Below, piece by piece: positions 26,620 through 36,700 of a stretch of DNA of 52,824 nt. A program made the position numbers and the translations under genes. The notes under the pieces were generated by a model. That model was given only the letters and a program-made list of their open reading frames with translations. It did no database searches and was not told the origin of the DNA. Source of the stretch: a virus. Its lineage: Duplodnaviria; Caudoviricetes. The stretch's first letter is position 1, and every line of letters begins with the position of its first letter. Where the stretch lies: positions 1 through 52,824 of the IMG/VR virus record IMGVR_UViG_3300031576_000058, one strand, 5' to 3'.

Positions 26620-27761
26620 ATCCTAAGCACACGGAAACCGTACCGGTACCTACGGGTAGTCAGCATGGACATGAGCAGCCACTTCCTCAGAAGTTTGAAA
26701 CAACGCCCGGTGGAGCAGAGATGATGTCCCAGGGCCTTGTTGACATCCTGATGAGGGTAGCTGACCGAAGACCTCGGGACGAAAAGAAATTCATAGTGGA
26801 TGCCCTGGCCGAACTCGAGAACGTCCCGGAAGAAGCGCATCTCGCTTTTTACTCTATCCCGTACCGCGAGAGGTCCGGGGATGAGACAGGCAAGACCACG
26901 ATGATCGAGGGTCCATCTATTCACGCCTCCCTGCCCCTGGCGCGACGATGGGGCAATAATGTATCGGGTTGCCGCCAGGTAGGCGAAACCGACACCCACT
27001 GGAACCTTGAGGGCTATAGCTTCGATGCCGAAACGGGTTTCGTTTATATCCGCCCGTTTCAGCAAAGCAAAATGTATAAAGTCGCAGGGCGCTTTGTCGA
27101 GGCTGGAGCGGATCGAAAAATGATGCTGTACCAGTCGGCAGTATCCAAGGCCATCCGCAACGCACAACTCGGGATGATCCCCAAATTCTACACCGCAGCC
27201 TACGTGGCCAAAGCAAAGGCGATAGTGGCTGGCAAGTGGGACACGAAGACGAACCCCAAGGCGGTTGAGGGCCTCCTTCGGTCCTTCGCTGCTATGGGCG
27301 TCCCACAGGAGATGCTAGAGCGGTCCGCTGACAAGCACATCTCGGAATGGACTGGAGATGACGTCGCCACCCTCCGCGGCCTGTTCAACGCCATCCAGGA
27401 CGGACAGGTGACGCTCGACGAGGCCTTTGGGAGTGGAGAGGCCGAGGCACCACCCGATCCGCAGACGAAGGCCCAGGTGGCACAGGAAAAGGCGGCGACC
27501 ACTCAATCTCCGACTCCGCCGAAGCCACCGACTGAGCCCAAACAAGAGAAGGCGGGGGCGGTGAAGCCTACCGATGTCGCCAGCGATTTCAAGATCAAGC
27601 AGGTCCACAAGATCCTCAGCACTCACGGGATTGAGTTGAAGCTACTTCCCGAGAACCCAACTGAGTCTGAGGCCATGGAGATCATCAACGCGGGGTCCAA
27701 GAAAACGAAGACCCTTGAGGTCTTGGAGCAGATCAGGAAGGTCAGGGAAACGAAGCAGTGA
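26616..27761 (+). CDS. Putative single-strand annealing/recombination protein
   Basis: RPRD...FYSIP...IEGPSI...WGN; adjacent to an exonuclease-like gene. Confidence 0.5.
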   Translation: MNPKHTETVPVPTGSQHGHEQPLPQKFETTPGGAEMMSQGLVDILMRVADRRPRDEKKFIVDALAELENVPEEAHLAFYSIPYRERSGDETGKTTMIEGPSIHASLPLARRWGNNVSGCRQVGETDTHWNLEGYSFDAETGFVYIRPFQQSKMYKVAGRFVEAGADRKMMLYQSAVSKAIRNAQLGMIPKFYTAAYVAKAKAIVAGKWDTKTNPKAVEGLLRSFAAMGVPQEMLERSADKHISEWTGDDVATLRGLFNAIQDGQVTLDEAFGSGEAEAPPDPQTKAQVAQEKAATTQSPTPPKPPTEPKQEKAGAVKPTDVASDFKIKQVHKILSTHGIELKLLPENPTESEAMEIINAGSKKTKTLEVLEQIRKVRETKQ

Positions 27762-28396
27762 AGGATCTCGTCATCGACAGGGTGGCAGGATTATACCGCT
27801 TCGAGCACGAGGGTAAACGCTACGCTTTCCCGAGCATCACGGAAGTCCTTGGCGCGACCGTATCATGGAACCCCTGGGCGAACGAGGAACACCGTATCAG
27901 GGGAAGCTACGTCCACAAGGCCTGCGCCATTTTGGATGGCGCTGAGGATGCCTCGGGGCTGGACTGGGACACCCTCTTTCCCCCCTATGTCCCTTACATC
28001 AAGGCCTACGCGAAGTTTCAGAAGGAGTCGGGCTTCGTGTCCATGATGAGCGAGCAGCCGGTGTGCTCCATGAAGCACCGATACGCCGGAACCTTCGACA
28101 CCCTGGGAACACTCCCAGTGCTCAGGAGGCGCAAGAACGCCGTGGCCCTGGTGGAGCGCAAGACGGGATCGGTCGAACCGTGGACCGCGCTCCAACTGGC
28201 CGCCCAGGAGCAGGCCTGTACGGAGTACCTCAAGATGAAGGGACCCATTTTCCGCCTAGCCGTAGAACTCCGGGCAGACGGGAACTACCGGACCGAGGAG
28301 TATCAAAGAGCGTCAGATTTCAGCGTGTTTTTGGCATTGCTGGCCGGGTTCAACTGGATGCTGGAGAACGAGAAGCTCAACAAGGGAAGGAGGTAG
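27758..28396 (+). CDS. PD-(D/E)XK (Cas4/RecB-like) exonuclease
   Basis: PSITEVL, RGSYVH, YAGTFD, ERKTG, LQLAA. Confidence 0.75.
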   Translation: MKDLVIDRVAGLYRFEHEGKRYAFPSITEVLGATVSWNPWANEEHRIRGSYVHKACAILDGAEDASGLDWDTLFPPYVPYIKAYAKFQKESGFVSMMSEQPVCSMKHRYAGTFDTLGTLPVLRRRKNAVALVERKTGSVEPWTALQLAAQEQACTEYLKMKGPIFRLAVELRADGNYRTEEYQRASDFSVFLALLAGFNWMLENEKLNKGRR

Positions 28397-28398
28397 CA

Positions 28399-29085
28399 AT
28401 GGTCACACACACGGAGATCGAGCGGGCGACCGCGACGGTCCAAGAACTGTCGCCAAGAGTCCAGTCCTTCCTAGAAGAGGTCAAGGAGTTCACCATCATC
28501 GTGCCTGAGCACTACCAGGAAGCTGGCGACTGGCTTCGGTCCATCAAGGGGCGCCTGAAAGAAGTCGAGGATCGCCGCAAGTCCTTGACATCACCCCTCG
28601 ATGAAGTCAAGAAGCGGATCATGGATTTGTTCCGACCCATCGAAGCGATTTACTCCCAGGCCGAAACGCTCCTCAAGGACAAGATCAAGCTCTACAGGGA
28701 CGAGCAGGAGCGGATCCGGCAGGAGCAGGAGACCAAGGCACGTGTCGCTGCGGCCAAAGAGCAGCAACGCCTTCAGGGCCAGGCCGATACCAAGGCGGCG
28801 AAGCTGGAGCAGCGGGGGCTTTGCGACGCGGCGGCGGAGATCAGAAATGCGGTGCCGGAGGTGACCCTTCCGGTGATTCCTCAGACCGAGGTGCCGAAGG
28901 TCGCTGGGCTGGCGTTCCGGGAGCACTGGGCGTTCCGGATCACGGATGCCGACCAGGTGCCCCGAGAGTATTGCTCTCCGGACGAGAAGAAGATCCGTGC
29001 AGTCGTAGAGGCCCTCAAGGCCAATACGAACATCCCTGGCGTGGAGGTCTGGCGGGACGACAGCGTGGCATCCGGGCGGGGGTAG
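28399..29085 (+). CDS. Coiled-coil recombination-associated protein (Gp157/DUF1351-like)
   Basis: Long coiled coil, then VPREYCSPDEKKI...IPGVEV. Confidence 0.55.
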   Translation: MVTHTEIERATATVQELSPRVQSFLEEVKEFTIIVPEHYQEAGDWLRSIKGRLKEVEDRRKSLTSPLDEVKKRIMDLFRPIEAIYSQAETLLKDKIKLYRDEQERIRQEQETKARVAAAKEQQRLQGQADTKAAKLEQRGLCDAAAEIRNAVPEVTLPVIPQTEVPKVAGLAFREHWAFRITDADQVPREYCSPDEKKIRAVVEALKANTNIPGVEVWRDDSVASGRG

Positions 29086-29088
29086 GGA

Positions 29089-29271
29089 GTGGATCAAGAC
29101 AACCTTGACGCCCTTGAAATCCTCTCATCAGAGAAATACTGGCCGAAGCTGACGAAATGGGAGCAGCAATTCCTCGACTCTCTGGAGCGACGGGACCATT
29201 GGACAGAACGGCAGCAGGAGTTTTTAGACCGGATCTGGAAAGAAGTTGTGGTGGAGAGGCGAAGGGAATGA
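29089..29271 (+). CDS. Small hypothetical protein
   Basis: LTKWEQQFLDSL...TERQ..FL..IW. Confidence 0.6.
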   Translation: MDQDNLDALEILSSEKYWPKLTKWEQQFLDSLERRDHWTERQQEFLDRIWKEVVVERRRE

Positions 29272-29481
29272 CCGTCCACCTTTACGCTCGCCCATTCCAG
29301 CCGCTGACGAAATACGTTGACCATGTTCTGGTTGGCATGGGATTCTCAGTCCGGAAGGCCACCCGGAGGAATCATCCGCGAAAACTCTTCCGCTGTTGGA
29401 TCTGCAAGAGGCTTAGGTGGGCCAAGAATCTGACGGTTCAAGTGTATTATGACGAGATGGTAATCTCCTGCAGGGAGCACC

Positions 29482-29547
29482 ATGGCTGACAAATCCGCCA
29501 TCGAATGGACGGACGCCACCTGGAACCTGTTGCTCTCCCATCCGTAG
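29482..29547 (+). pseudogene. Truncated Gp37/Gp68 (DUF5131) N-terminus
   Basis: MADKSAIEWTDATWN then stop after 21 aa. Confidence 0.7.
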
Positions 29548-29560
29548 AAAGTAGGGAATC

Positions 29561-32380
29561 ATGAGCCGGATCATCCTTGGCAAGTCCTGGGAGTCACAGC
29601 CGAAGAACATCTCCCTAGACCTCGATCTGTTGCTCCGGACCAGGATGCTTATCCAGGCCAACTCAGGAGGAGGGAAGAGTTATCTCCTCCGCCGCCTCGC
29701 CGAGCAGCTCTTCGGGAAGGTCCCAGTCCTCATCGTGGACCCCGAAGGCGAGTTCGCCACCCTCCGAGAAAAATATGGGTATGTCCTAGCTGGGAAAGGC
29801 GGGGAGACCCCGGCCGATCCTCGGTCGGCTGGGTTACTGGCCCAAAGGCTTCTCGAGCTCCAGGCCTCGGCGGTATGCGACCTCTACGAGATGAAGTTGT
29901 CTGACCGGCACCGATGGGTCCGGACCTTCTTGGAAGCGGTGATCGACGCCCCGAAGAAGCTCTGGCGGCCAACCGTGGTGGTCGTGGACGAGGCCCACAC
30001 ATTTTGCATGGACCCAGAAACAGAAATTCTGACAAGTTCCGGATGGAGAGGGATAACCGAAGTAGAAGTTGGGGATCGAGTTGTTGCCTTCGATCCAACG
30101 AGTGAATTATACCGAGAAGAACCTATTCGTCGGATCATAGTTCAAAATCACTCTGGGCCGATGGTAGGACTCACAAGCGATGGGATTGATGCGCTTGTTA
30201 CTCCAGACCACCGAGTAGTTTTGCGTCGAATGCAGCGGGCACAATATCAGGGTCGAAAAGAAAGCGTCAAGAAAAGGCGACCCAAATACCTCACCTTATA
30301 TCCATGGACTTTTTGTCACGCCTCTTCGGTTCCTCATCACGCATATATTCCAATCGGTGGAGGACCGGATGGTCCCGGTCTAGCAAGACTTTCAACGGAT
30401 CTAAGCCGCCTATTGGGCTGGGTTATTACGGATGGGAGCTTTGTGGGGTCGTGCGGCGGCAAATACTTGCGCTATCTTTCGATTTCCCAATCGACCGCGA
30501 CTCTCAAAGCAGGAAGAAGGATGATTGCTGAGATGCAATCCTTGCTCAGTCGATTTGGCTCGCATTCGGTATATTCACGGCCAGAAAGGGAAAGTGTGCG
30601 TCCTGATCGCACCGTGAGACACTCTCAGAGCAAAGAATTCTATCTCGGAGAGCGATTATCGCGTCTGGTGATGGGCTGGCTTGGTCCAGACATTCACCGA
30701 ATTCCCCGAGTCATTCTAAGCCAAGGGTCTAAGCATCAATTGCGAGCCCTATACCAAGGCCTCTTAGAGGGGGACGGAACCTCATACATGGGACGCTGGA
30801 CGACTTTTTATCCTGGGAAAAATGAGGGATTGGCTGACGATTTTCAGGAACTTGCAACAAGACTAGGAATCAGTACGACCAAGCGTTTTGTGTGGAGCAT
30901 AGGCCAATGGAGGGTCCTTATAAGCAAGCGACGTCACCACTATGTCCGGAAACCGAATTCCCATGTTTACTCTGGAATCGTCTGGGATATTACTGTTCCT
31001 TCAGGTGCTTTCGTAGCGAGGCGGCGAGGAAAGGTCTTTGTAACTGGAAATTCCCCCGAGAAAGGCCATGGGGAGTCGGAGGCGGCCGACGCCATGATCG
31101 GTCTGGCCACCCGGGGGAGGAAAAGGGGCTTCGCGGCCGTGTTCGCTACCCAGCGATTGGGGAAGCTCCGGAAGGACGTGGCGGCCGAGCTCCTCAACGT
31201 CTTGATCGGCCAGACCTTCATCGACATTGACCGGAAGCGGGCAGCCGAGGCCCTCGGTATCCCCCCGAACGAGCAGCGGCGCTTCTTCGACCAGATCAAG
31301 GTGATGGAGCCAGGAACATTCTGGGCCCTGGGCCGAGCCGTAGCGATCGAGCGGGTCCTCCTGAAGGTCGGGTCGGTGGAAACGACCCACCCGGAGCCAG
31401 GCTCCACAAAACATGCTGCGGCGCCCCCACCGCCCCCAGAGAAGGTCAAGGCCCTGCTGCCCAAGCTGCAGGATCTCCCAAAGGAGGCGGAGGATAAGGC
31501 GAGGACGGTAGCCGAGTTCCGGGCGGAGATCGGACAGTTGAAGCGGGAGCTGGCGGCGGCGAAACATACTGCGACTACGGTTCCACCATTGCAGCGTGAG
31601 CCACAAATCAGGGTAAAAGAAGTCAGGGTTCCGATGCTGAAGAAAGGCGATGTGGGCCGGATTGAGAAGGCCATTGCGTTCTTGGCAAAGGTTACAGATC
31701 GGATGGCCCGGGCTCAACAGGTTGTCGTGACCGAGTTGGGTCTGATGCGCGATGCGTTCAAGAAAGAGGCTGTAAAGCCCTATACAATCAGTGTGCCTCC
31801 ACCCACGAAACCAATACTTGACCAGCGCAGCCTCCACTTCAAGCAGCACGTTCGCAATGTGGTGGAAGGTGCGCGGCAACCACTGCGCATAGGTGATGAC
31901 TTCCACCCAAGAACCGTGGCTGGTTCCCTTCCCAGGGGAGAACAGATCAGCCTGACCGCCGTGGCGCAGTACCCAGAGGGCGTGGATCGTCAGCAGCTCT
32001 CCATTCTCACCGGCTACAAGCGGTCCAGCCGGGACTCCTACGTTCAGCGGCTCAAGGACCGAGGATTGGTGGGGGTCCGGGGTAACCGGATCATGGCCAC
32101 GGATGAGGGCCTCCTAGCATTGGGGTCAGATTTCGAGCCCCTTCCCACTGGCGAAGCTCTCCGGGACTACTGGATCCAGAAACTCCCCCAGGGGGAAAAG
32201 GCAGTCTTGCAGGTCTTATTGAAGGCCTATCCGGATTCGGTCGATCGGGATGCCATATGTGAGATGACCCAGTACCGCCGCTCCAGCCGTGATGCCTACC
32301 TGCAAAGACTCCGGGCCCGCCAACTCGTATCGGATGACGGGCCCAGAAGGGTTAAGGCGTCCCCGCTGCTTTTCGACTAG
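29561..32380 (+). CDS. HerA/FtsK-like (DUF87) ATPase with intein and two C-terminal wHTH repeats
   Basis: ANSGGGKS, DPEGEF, DEAH, RGRKRG, ATQR. Confidence 0.85.
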   Translation: MSRIILGKSWESQPKNISLDLDLLLRTRMLIQANSGGGKSYLLRRLAEQLFGKVPVLIVDPEGEFATLREKYGYVLAGKGGETPADPRSAGLLAQRLLELQASAVCDLYEMKLSDRHRWVRTFLEAVIDAPKKLWRPTVVVVDEAHTFCMDPETEILTSSGWRGITEVEVGDRVVAFDPTSELYREEPIRRIIVQNHSGPMVGLTSDGIDALVTPDHRVVLRRMQRAQYQGRKESVKKRRPKYLTLYPWTFCHASSVPHHAYIPIGGGPDGPGLARLSTDLSRLLGWVITDGSFVGSCGGKYLRYLSISQSTATLKAGRRMIAEMQSLLSRFGSHSVYSRPERESVRPDRTVRHSQSKEFYLGERLSRLVMGWLGPDIHRIPRVILSQGSKHQLRALYQGLLEGDGTSYMGRWTTFYPGKNEGLADDFQELATRLGISTTKRFVWSIGQWRVLISKRRHHYVRKPNSHVYSGIVWDITVPSGAFVARRRGKVFVTGNSPEKGHGESEAADAMIGLATRGRKRGFAAVFATQRLGKLRKDVAAELLNVLIGQTFIDIDRKRAAEALGIPPNEQRRFFDQIKVMEPGTFWALGRAVAIERVLLKVGSVETTHPEPGSTKHAAAPPPPPEKVKALLPKLQDLPKEAEDKARTVAEFRAEIGQLKRELAAAKHTATTVPPLQREPQIRVKEVRVPMLKKGDVGRIEKAIAFLAKVTDRMARAQQVVVTELGLMRDAFKKEAVKPYTISVPPPTKPILDQRSLHFKQHVRNVVEGARQPLRIGDDFHPRTVAGSLPRGEQISLTAVAQYPEGVDRQQLSILTGYKRSSRDSYVQRLKDRGLVGVRGNRIMATDEGLLALGSDFEPLPTGEALRDYWIQKLPQGEKAVLQVLLKAYPDSVDRDAICEMTQYRRSSRDAYLQRLRARQLVSDDGPRRVKASPLLFD
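30005..31051 (+). mobile_element. Intein with LAGLIDADG homing endonuclease (349 aa)
   Basis: CMDPETEILT start, VTPDH block B, LLGWVITDG and LLEGDG, VWDITV, VTGN|S; lower GC. Confidence 0.92.
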
Positions 32381-32559
32381 TAGAGGACGTTATACGGGAA
32401 TCCCTGTGGGCTACAGTGGCTCGGCCAGTATTTCTTGCCGCCCTCCTTCTCAATCACCCCACCTTCCCCGGCGAACTGCGTCTCGCAGTAATACTTCGGC
32501 GCACATCCACCAAGGGCAATGACCGTCACGATCGACAGCAACAGCACAATCCGGGTCAT
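32377..32559 (-). CDS. Small lipoprotein
   Basis: Lipobox LGGC. Confidence 0.65.
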   Translation of the reverse strand: MTRIVLLLSIVTVIALGGCAPKYYCETQFAGEGGVIEKEGGKKYWPSHCSPQGFPYNVLY

Positions 32560-32575
32560 CCGCCATCACCTCCCT

Positions 32576-32755
32576 TTACGGTTCTTGGAGCAGCTCATGG
32601 AGCATACGGCTGGCCGTATCTCCGGAACCGATCAAGGCCGCTTCCTGCTCCGGGGTTAACTCGTCCTTCCGCGCGAGTTGCTGCACCACATTCACCAGCA
32701 TCCCCACGGTTTCCAGTAGGTACTTGATCGTCTCCTTGTCCACCGGAATAATCAT
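32576..32755 (-). CDS. 59-aa hypothetical protein
   Basis: Manual translation MIIPVDKETIKYLLE...; RBS AAGGAGG. Confidence 0.55.
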   Translation of the reverse strand: MIIPVDKETIKYLLETVGMLVNVVQQLARKDELTPEQEAALIGSGDTASRMLHELLQEP

Positions 32756-32780
32756 GTGGTTCCCTCCTTGCGCCTCCTGC

Positions 32781-33254
32781 CTACTCGAGCAGGGCCCCCT
32801 GCGTCTTCTGGACGAAGCCGGTCACGGGCTCAGGGACCACAACGCCAGCTTGCGTCAGGATGTCGTAGGCGTTAAGAACGAAGTTGGTGATCTCCGTCAG
32901 GATCGACATAGGGGTAATGGCGTTGGGATCCGCCTTGGTGAGTTCCATCGCCCGCTTCGCTGCGTCCCACGCAATGTCGTAGCCTGCCGTGAGTTTCGCG
33001 CAGTTCTCCTTGGTCAGGGGCTTCATCCAGTTGGTCCTGAGTGTCTGAGCCTCGGCCACCAAACCTGCCGATTCGAGGGTACCCGCCTGCGAGTAGGCCC
33101 GATCCTTGGACTGGCGGCATCCCTTCAGGATCGTCTGCCCGAGAGCCACAACGACCTGGGCCGATTGCTGGGCCTTGCCATGAGGGGTCGTCGCACAGGC
33201 TGACAAGACAAACAGGCAGAGGACGACCAGCCCCATCGTTCGCTTACGCTTCAT
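32781..33254 (-). CDS. Lipoprotein (possible spanin-type lysis accessory)
   Basis: Lipobox LSAC; follows the holin-like gene. Confidence 0.6.
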   Translation of the reverse strand: MKRKRTMGLVVLCLFVLSACATTPHGKAQQSAQVVVALGQTILKGCRQSKDRAYSQAGTLESAGLVAEAQTLRTNWMKPLTKENCAKLTAGYDIAWDAAKRAMELTKADPNAITPMSILTEITNFVLNAYDILTQAGVVVPEPVTGFVQKTQGALLE

Positions 33255-33286
33255 GGGATTCCTCCTCCCATCCGATGTGGGACTTC

Positions 33287-33619
33287 CTATGTGGTCGCCC
33301 CCGTCAAGGCCTTGATGCCACCGTTACTGAAGAACTTCAGGGCACCCCGAGCACCTACATAGGTCCAGATCGCATAGAGCGCCTCTAGGGGTACTCCAGG
33401 GAACAGAATCGGTACCCCGGTAGATGCCAGCGTGACCCAGAACTCGGTGGACATGATCCCGGCCTTGGCGTCTCCGCCGATCTTGGCGAACCCCCTGGAG
33501 CCGATGTACGTAATGATCCCCAGGAAGGCCTCCTTCGGCGCCTCGGGGAACACGTAGGTCAGGATCCCCCCGCCAACGGCCAACCAAAACTCTGTCGTTT
33601 TCCAGCCATCCCTTAGCAT
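33287..33619 (-). CDS. Holin-like protein with internal duplication
   Basis: GWKTTEFW...YIGSRG repeated as GIMSTEFW...YVGARG. Confidence 0.65.
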   Translation of the reverse strand: MLRDGWKTTEFWLAVGGGILTYVFPEAPKEAFLGIITYIGSRGFAKIGGDAKAGIMSTEFWVTLASTGVPILFPGVPLEALYAIWTYVGARGALKFFSNGGIKALTGATT

Positions 33620-33642
33620 CTGCTTCCACCTCCCTCCGAGAC

Positions 33643-33703
33643 AAAAAAAACCCGCGACGAGGGTGGAATTACCCTCAATCGCGGGCTCTCTACGAGTCGG
33701 CCC
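33643..33703 (-). promoter_or_regulatory. Antiterminator/terminator RNA element, copy 2 (before holin)
   Basis: GGGC-CGA-CTC-gta-GAG-a-GCCC...GGG-T8; TTGACA at 33746-33741. Confidence 0.8.
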
Positions 33704-33742
33704 GAAATCTAGGTTACTATATACCAGTATATATCGAGAATG

Positions 33743-36700
33743 TCAAGGCCTTGCTGGCATCATCTTCCTGAAGACCTTGGGTCCCTCATGGATGCGCCGT
33801 TCCGCCCTCGGGATCTGGGATTCACGGAGTCGTGGTCTCAGACGGTTTCGGATATCCCGGCTGGTGATCGGAAACTCGGGATAGAGGGCGTTCCATCGGT
33901 CAATGTCGTCCTTGCCTGGGCTGGTCTCCAAGACCACATCGGCCCCTTCGAGGCGCTGTTGCGCCCGGAGCGACACGACCCGGTCGATGACCGCATCCCG
34001 CCGCTTTCTGACCTCGACATAGGCTGACAGGATCATGTCCTGCTCCGAGGCCGTCAAGGACCGGAAGCCCGCCATGTTCAGGAGTACGTCCTTCAGATCC
34101 CCCTTGAACTTGAGCATCCCCTTGGGGTCCCGGAAGTCGTAGTCCCCCTCCCAGATTTGTCTGAGGCCTTCCGTCCAGCGGAGCGCCGGTGCCCGCTGTC
34201 TTAGAGCGGATATCAGACGTTTGGCTGGCTCTGGGACCACCCCCTTCTCCTCTCCAAGCGCAGCCTCTCCGCCAGCCAAGGCTAGGCTCCCCAGTGGTCC
34301 CAAGGCCACGTTGCCGATCGCCTCCGGGACGCTCTGGCCTCGCGGCACGTCCACCATCTGGACCGAGTAGGAGAAGTCGATGCCCAGCAGTCCCGGGAGG
34401 CCGTAGGCGATCAGGTTGGCGATCGTCTCCCCGTACTCTTCCTTGATGCGGTTGTAGAGTTCCAGGGTGATGTAGGCCCCGCCCGCAATGGCGATGAGGG
34501 GATTCAGTAGGCCCTTCATCCCACCAATGCCAATGTTGGCTCCCAGCCATTTGCCCGCCCCGACAAAATCCTTGTCGGCCAACAGGTCCGCGATCAGCTC
34601 GAGGTTCTTGATCTGAAAGCGCCGGAACTGGAAGATCGTGGATTTGACCGGAGCGGTCAGGCCTGTGGACATGGCCCGATAGAGCGCCCGTGGCTGGTCC
34701 GTCCGCAGTCCAAGGAACTGACTGTAGATGTTCCCGCGGAGGAAGGCGTATTCGGCTGCCTGGGCATCTTCCAGTCCCATCTTTCGCGCCTTCAGGTACA
34801 TGGTCAGGAAGGCGACCTCTTGGTTGAAGGTCTCAGGGGCTAAGCCCCGCAGTTGCTCGCGGAACCTCGCCATCTTGAATCTCTTCAATGGCCCCGCCTC
34901 TCCGACAAACTTCCCGCCGGCGAGGAACCGGACCCCGTGCTTCTCCAGAAGATCCTTGCCGATCAGCTCTTCGCCGCTCTCAAGGGTCACCTTCCCCAGG
35001 TAGAGCCGCCGACCATTCACAAACTCCCTCGTGCTGACGATCGGCCAAAGCGTCTGGAACGTCTGGAGGCGGTTCAGGAAGTGGAATCGCGGGCTCAGGT
35101 TCAGGAAGAGATACGCGGACAGAGATTTCGCGCGGTTGGTCCACCGTTCCAAGGCGAACGGCCGGTGGAAATGGCTAAGACCTGGGATCCGCTCCAAGAG
35201 GTTGTCGAGCATCTGCGAGGTCTGGCTCTTGTAGCCCCACAGGATATTCAGGTTTGCCTCAAGCTCATCGGCCAGCGTCGATCGCCCCGATTTTCGCACC
35301 TTGTCGATCAGGGGTTGGACGGCTCGCCTCGCGTCGGTGACGTGAATCCACCGGGTCAGGCCATGGTTGTAGATACCCAAGACCCACTCGAGGTCTTGGC
35401 TGAATCCCGGATAGCCCTCCCGGTGCCGCAGCGACCCCCACCACTTCTTCTTGCCCTCCTTGGTGCCGATGACTCCCTTAAAGGCCCAGGACACATCTTC
35501 GGCCCCAATATCCATGGCGTCGGCGATCCGGTTAATGACCATCCACCGCCTCGGCCTCGACACCCGGACTACGTCAGGGTTCACAAACTGCCGCTGATCC
35601 ACCACATACATCTCCGCCGTCCGCTCGGGGTTGCTGGCATGGTCCTCGTTGATTCTCTTCATAGCCTCGTACCGAGTCCGGGCCGTCCCGATAAAGGCCA
35701 TCCCCTCGTCGGCCTTGACGAAGATCCGGAAGTCGCCGGGGAAGATATGGGGCAAATACTTGTCGATCCCCCACTCGTCCGGGATCATGCGCTGCAGCTC
35801 TTCGGTCGTCTCCTTGGCGACCCGTTTCCGGACCTCCTCGAGCTGTTCCGCCGTCCGACGATGTTTGCCTTCCGGAATCGGGATCTCCTCCCGGACCTTC
35901 GTGTCGATCCGGTCCTCGACCGCGGGCCTCAGATCTTCGCGCATCCGCTCGATGATGAGCTGCCGGTCCGCATCGAACTTCTCCCGGAAATACCGGGCCG
36001 CCTCCTTGGTCTCCTGGGAGATGTCGGTCCGGGCCTCGATCGCCTCAATATCCTTACCCTCGAAGATGTCCCAAAAGACCTCCCCGGTCTTCCCGAAGTC
36101 GGCCTTCGGGATCCGCCCTGTGGCCTCCAGGTCGGTCTCCATCCGGCGACCGAACGCGATGCGCTGGTTGATCTCGCCCAGGTTCAAGGCCCGGATCGCG
36201 GCGGCCGCTTCTGGACCGTAGCGCCGAAGCACGTTCGAGGGGGTGCCGATCATCGAGAGCCAGCCGTAGTCCTTCATCGGCTTCTGGATGATGACCTTGG
36301 GTCCCTGGCCGGAGACCCGCCGCTCCTCTGCCCTGCCCTCGCGCTGCCATTCTTGGAGCCGCTCAGCCCATTCGTCTTGGGGTTCCTCACCGAAGTCGGC
36401 TTTCGGCTCAGAGACGCGGTAGGCAGGCCGAGCCCCCTCTGCCGCCCGCAGCCTCAGACGCTCGCCCTCCCTGAGCCTTCCCAGTGTATAGCCACCTTCA
36501 AGCACGCCGATGCCGTGATCCAGGATAACCCCCCCGTCGATGTACCTCTGGGCCGCCCGCTTGATTGCCTCTGCTTGTTCGCCCTTGTATTCCGGATAGA
36601 AGCTCAAGGCCGATGTAGCCCCGTATTCTCGTTGCCGAGCCCGCACATAGTCCACTAACTCTCTCCCCCGGAGGAACTTGGCCACCGGCACATCCTCGAT

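Noticed and set aside
27758-28396. CRISPR-associated Cas4
   Set aside because: No Fe-S cysteine cluster, cas genes or array; the context is a phage recombination module.
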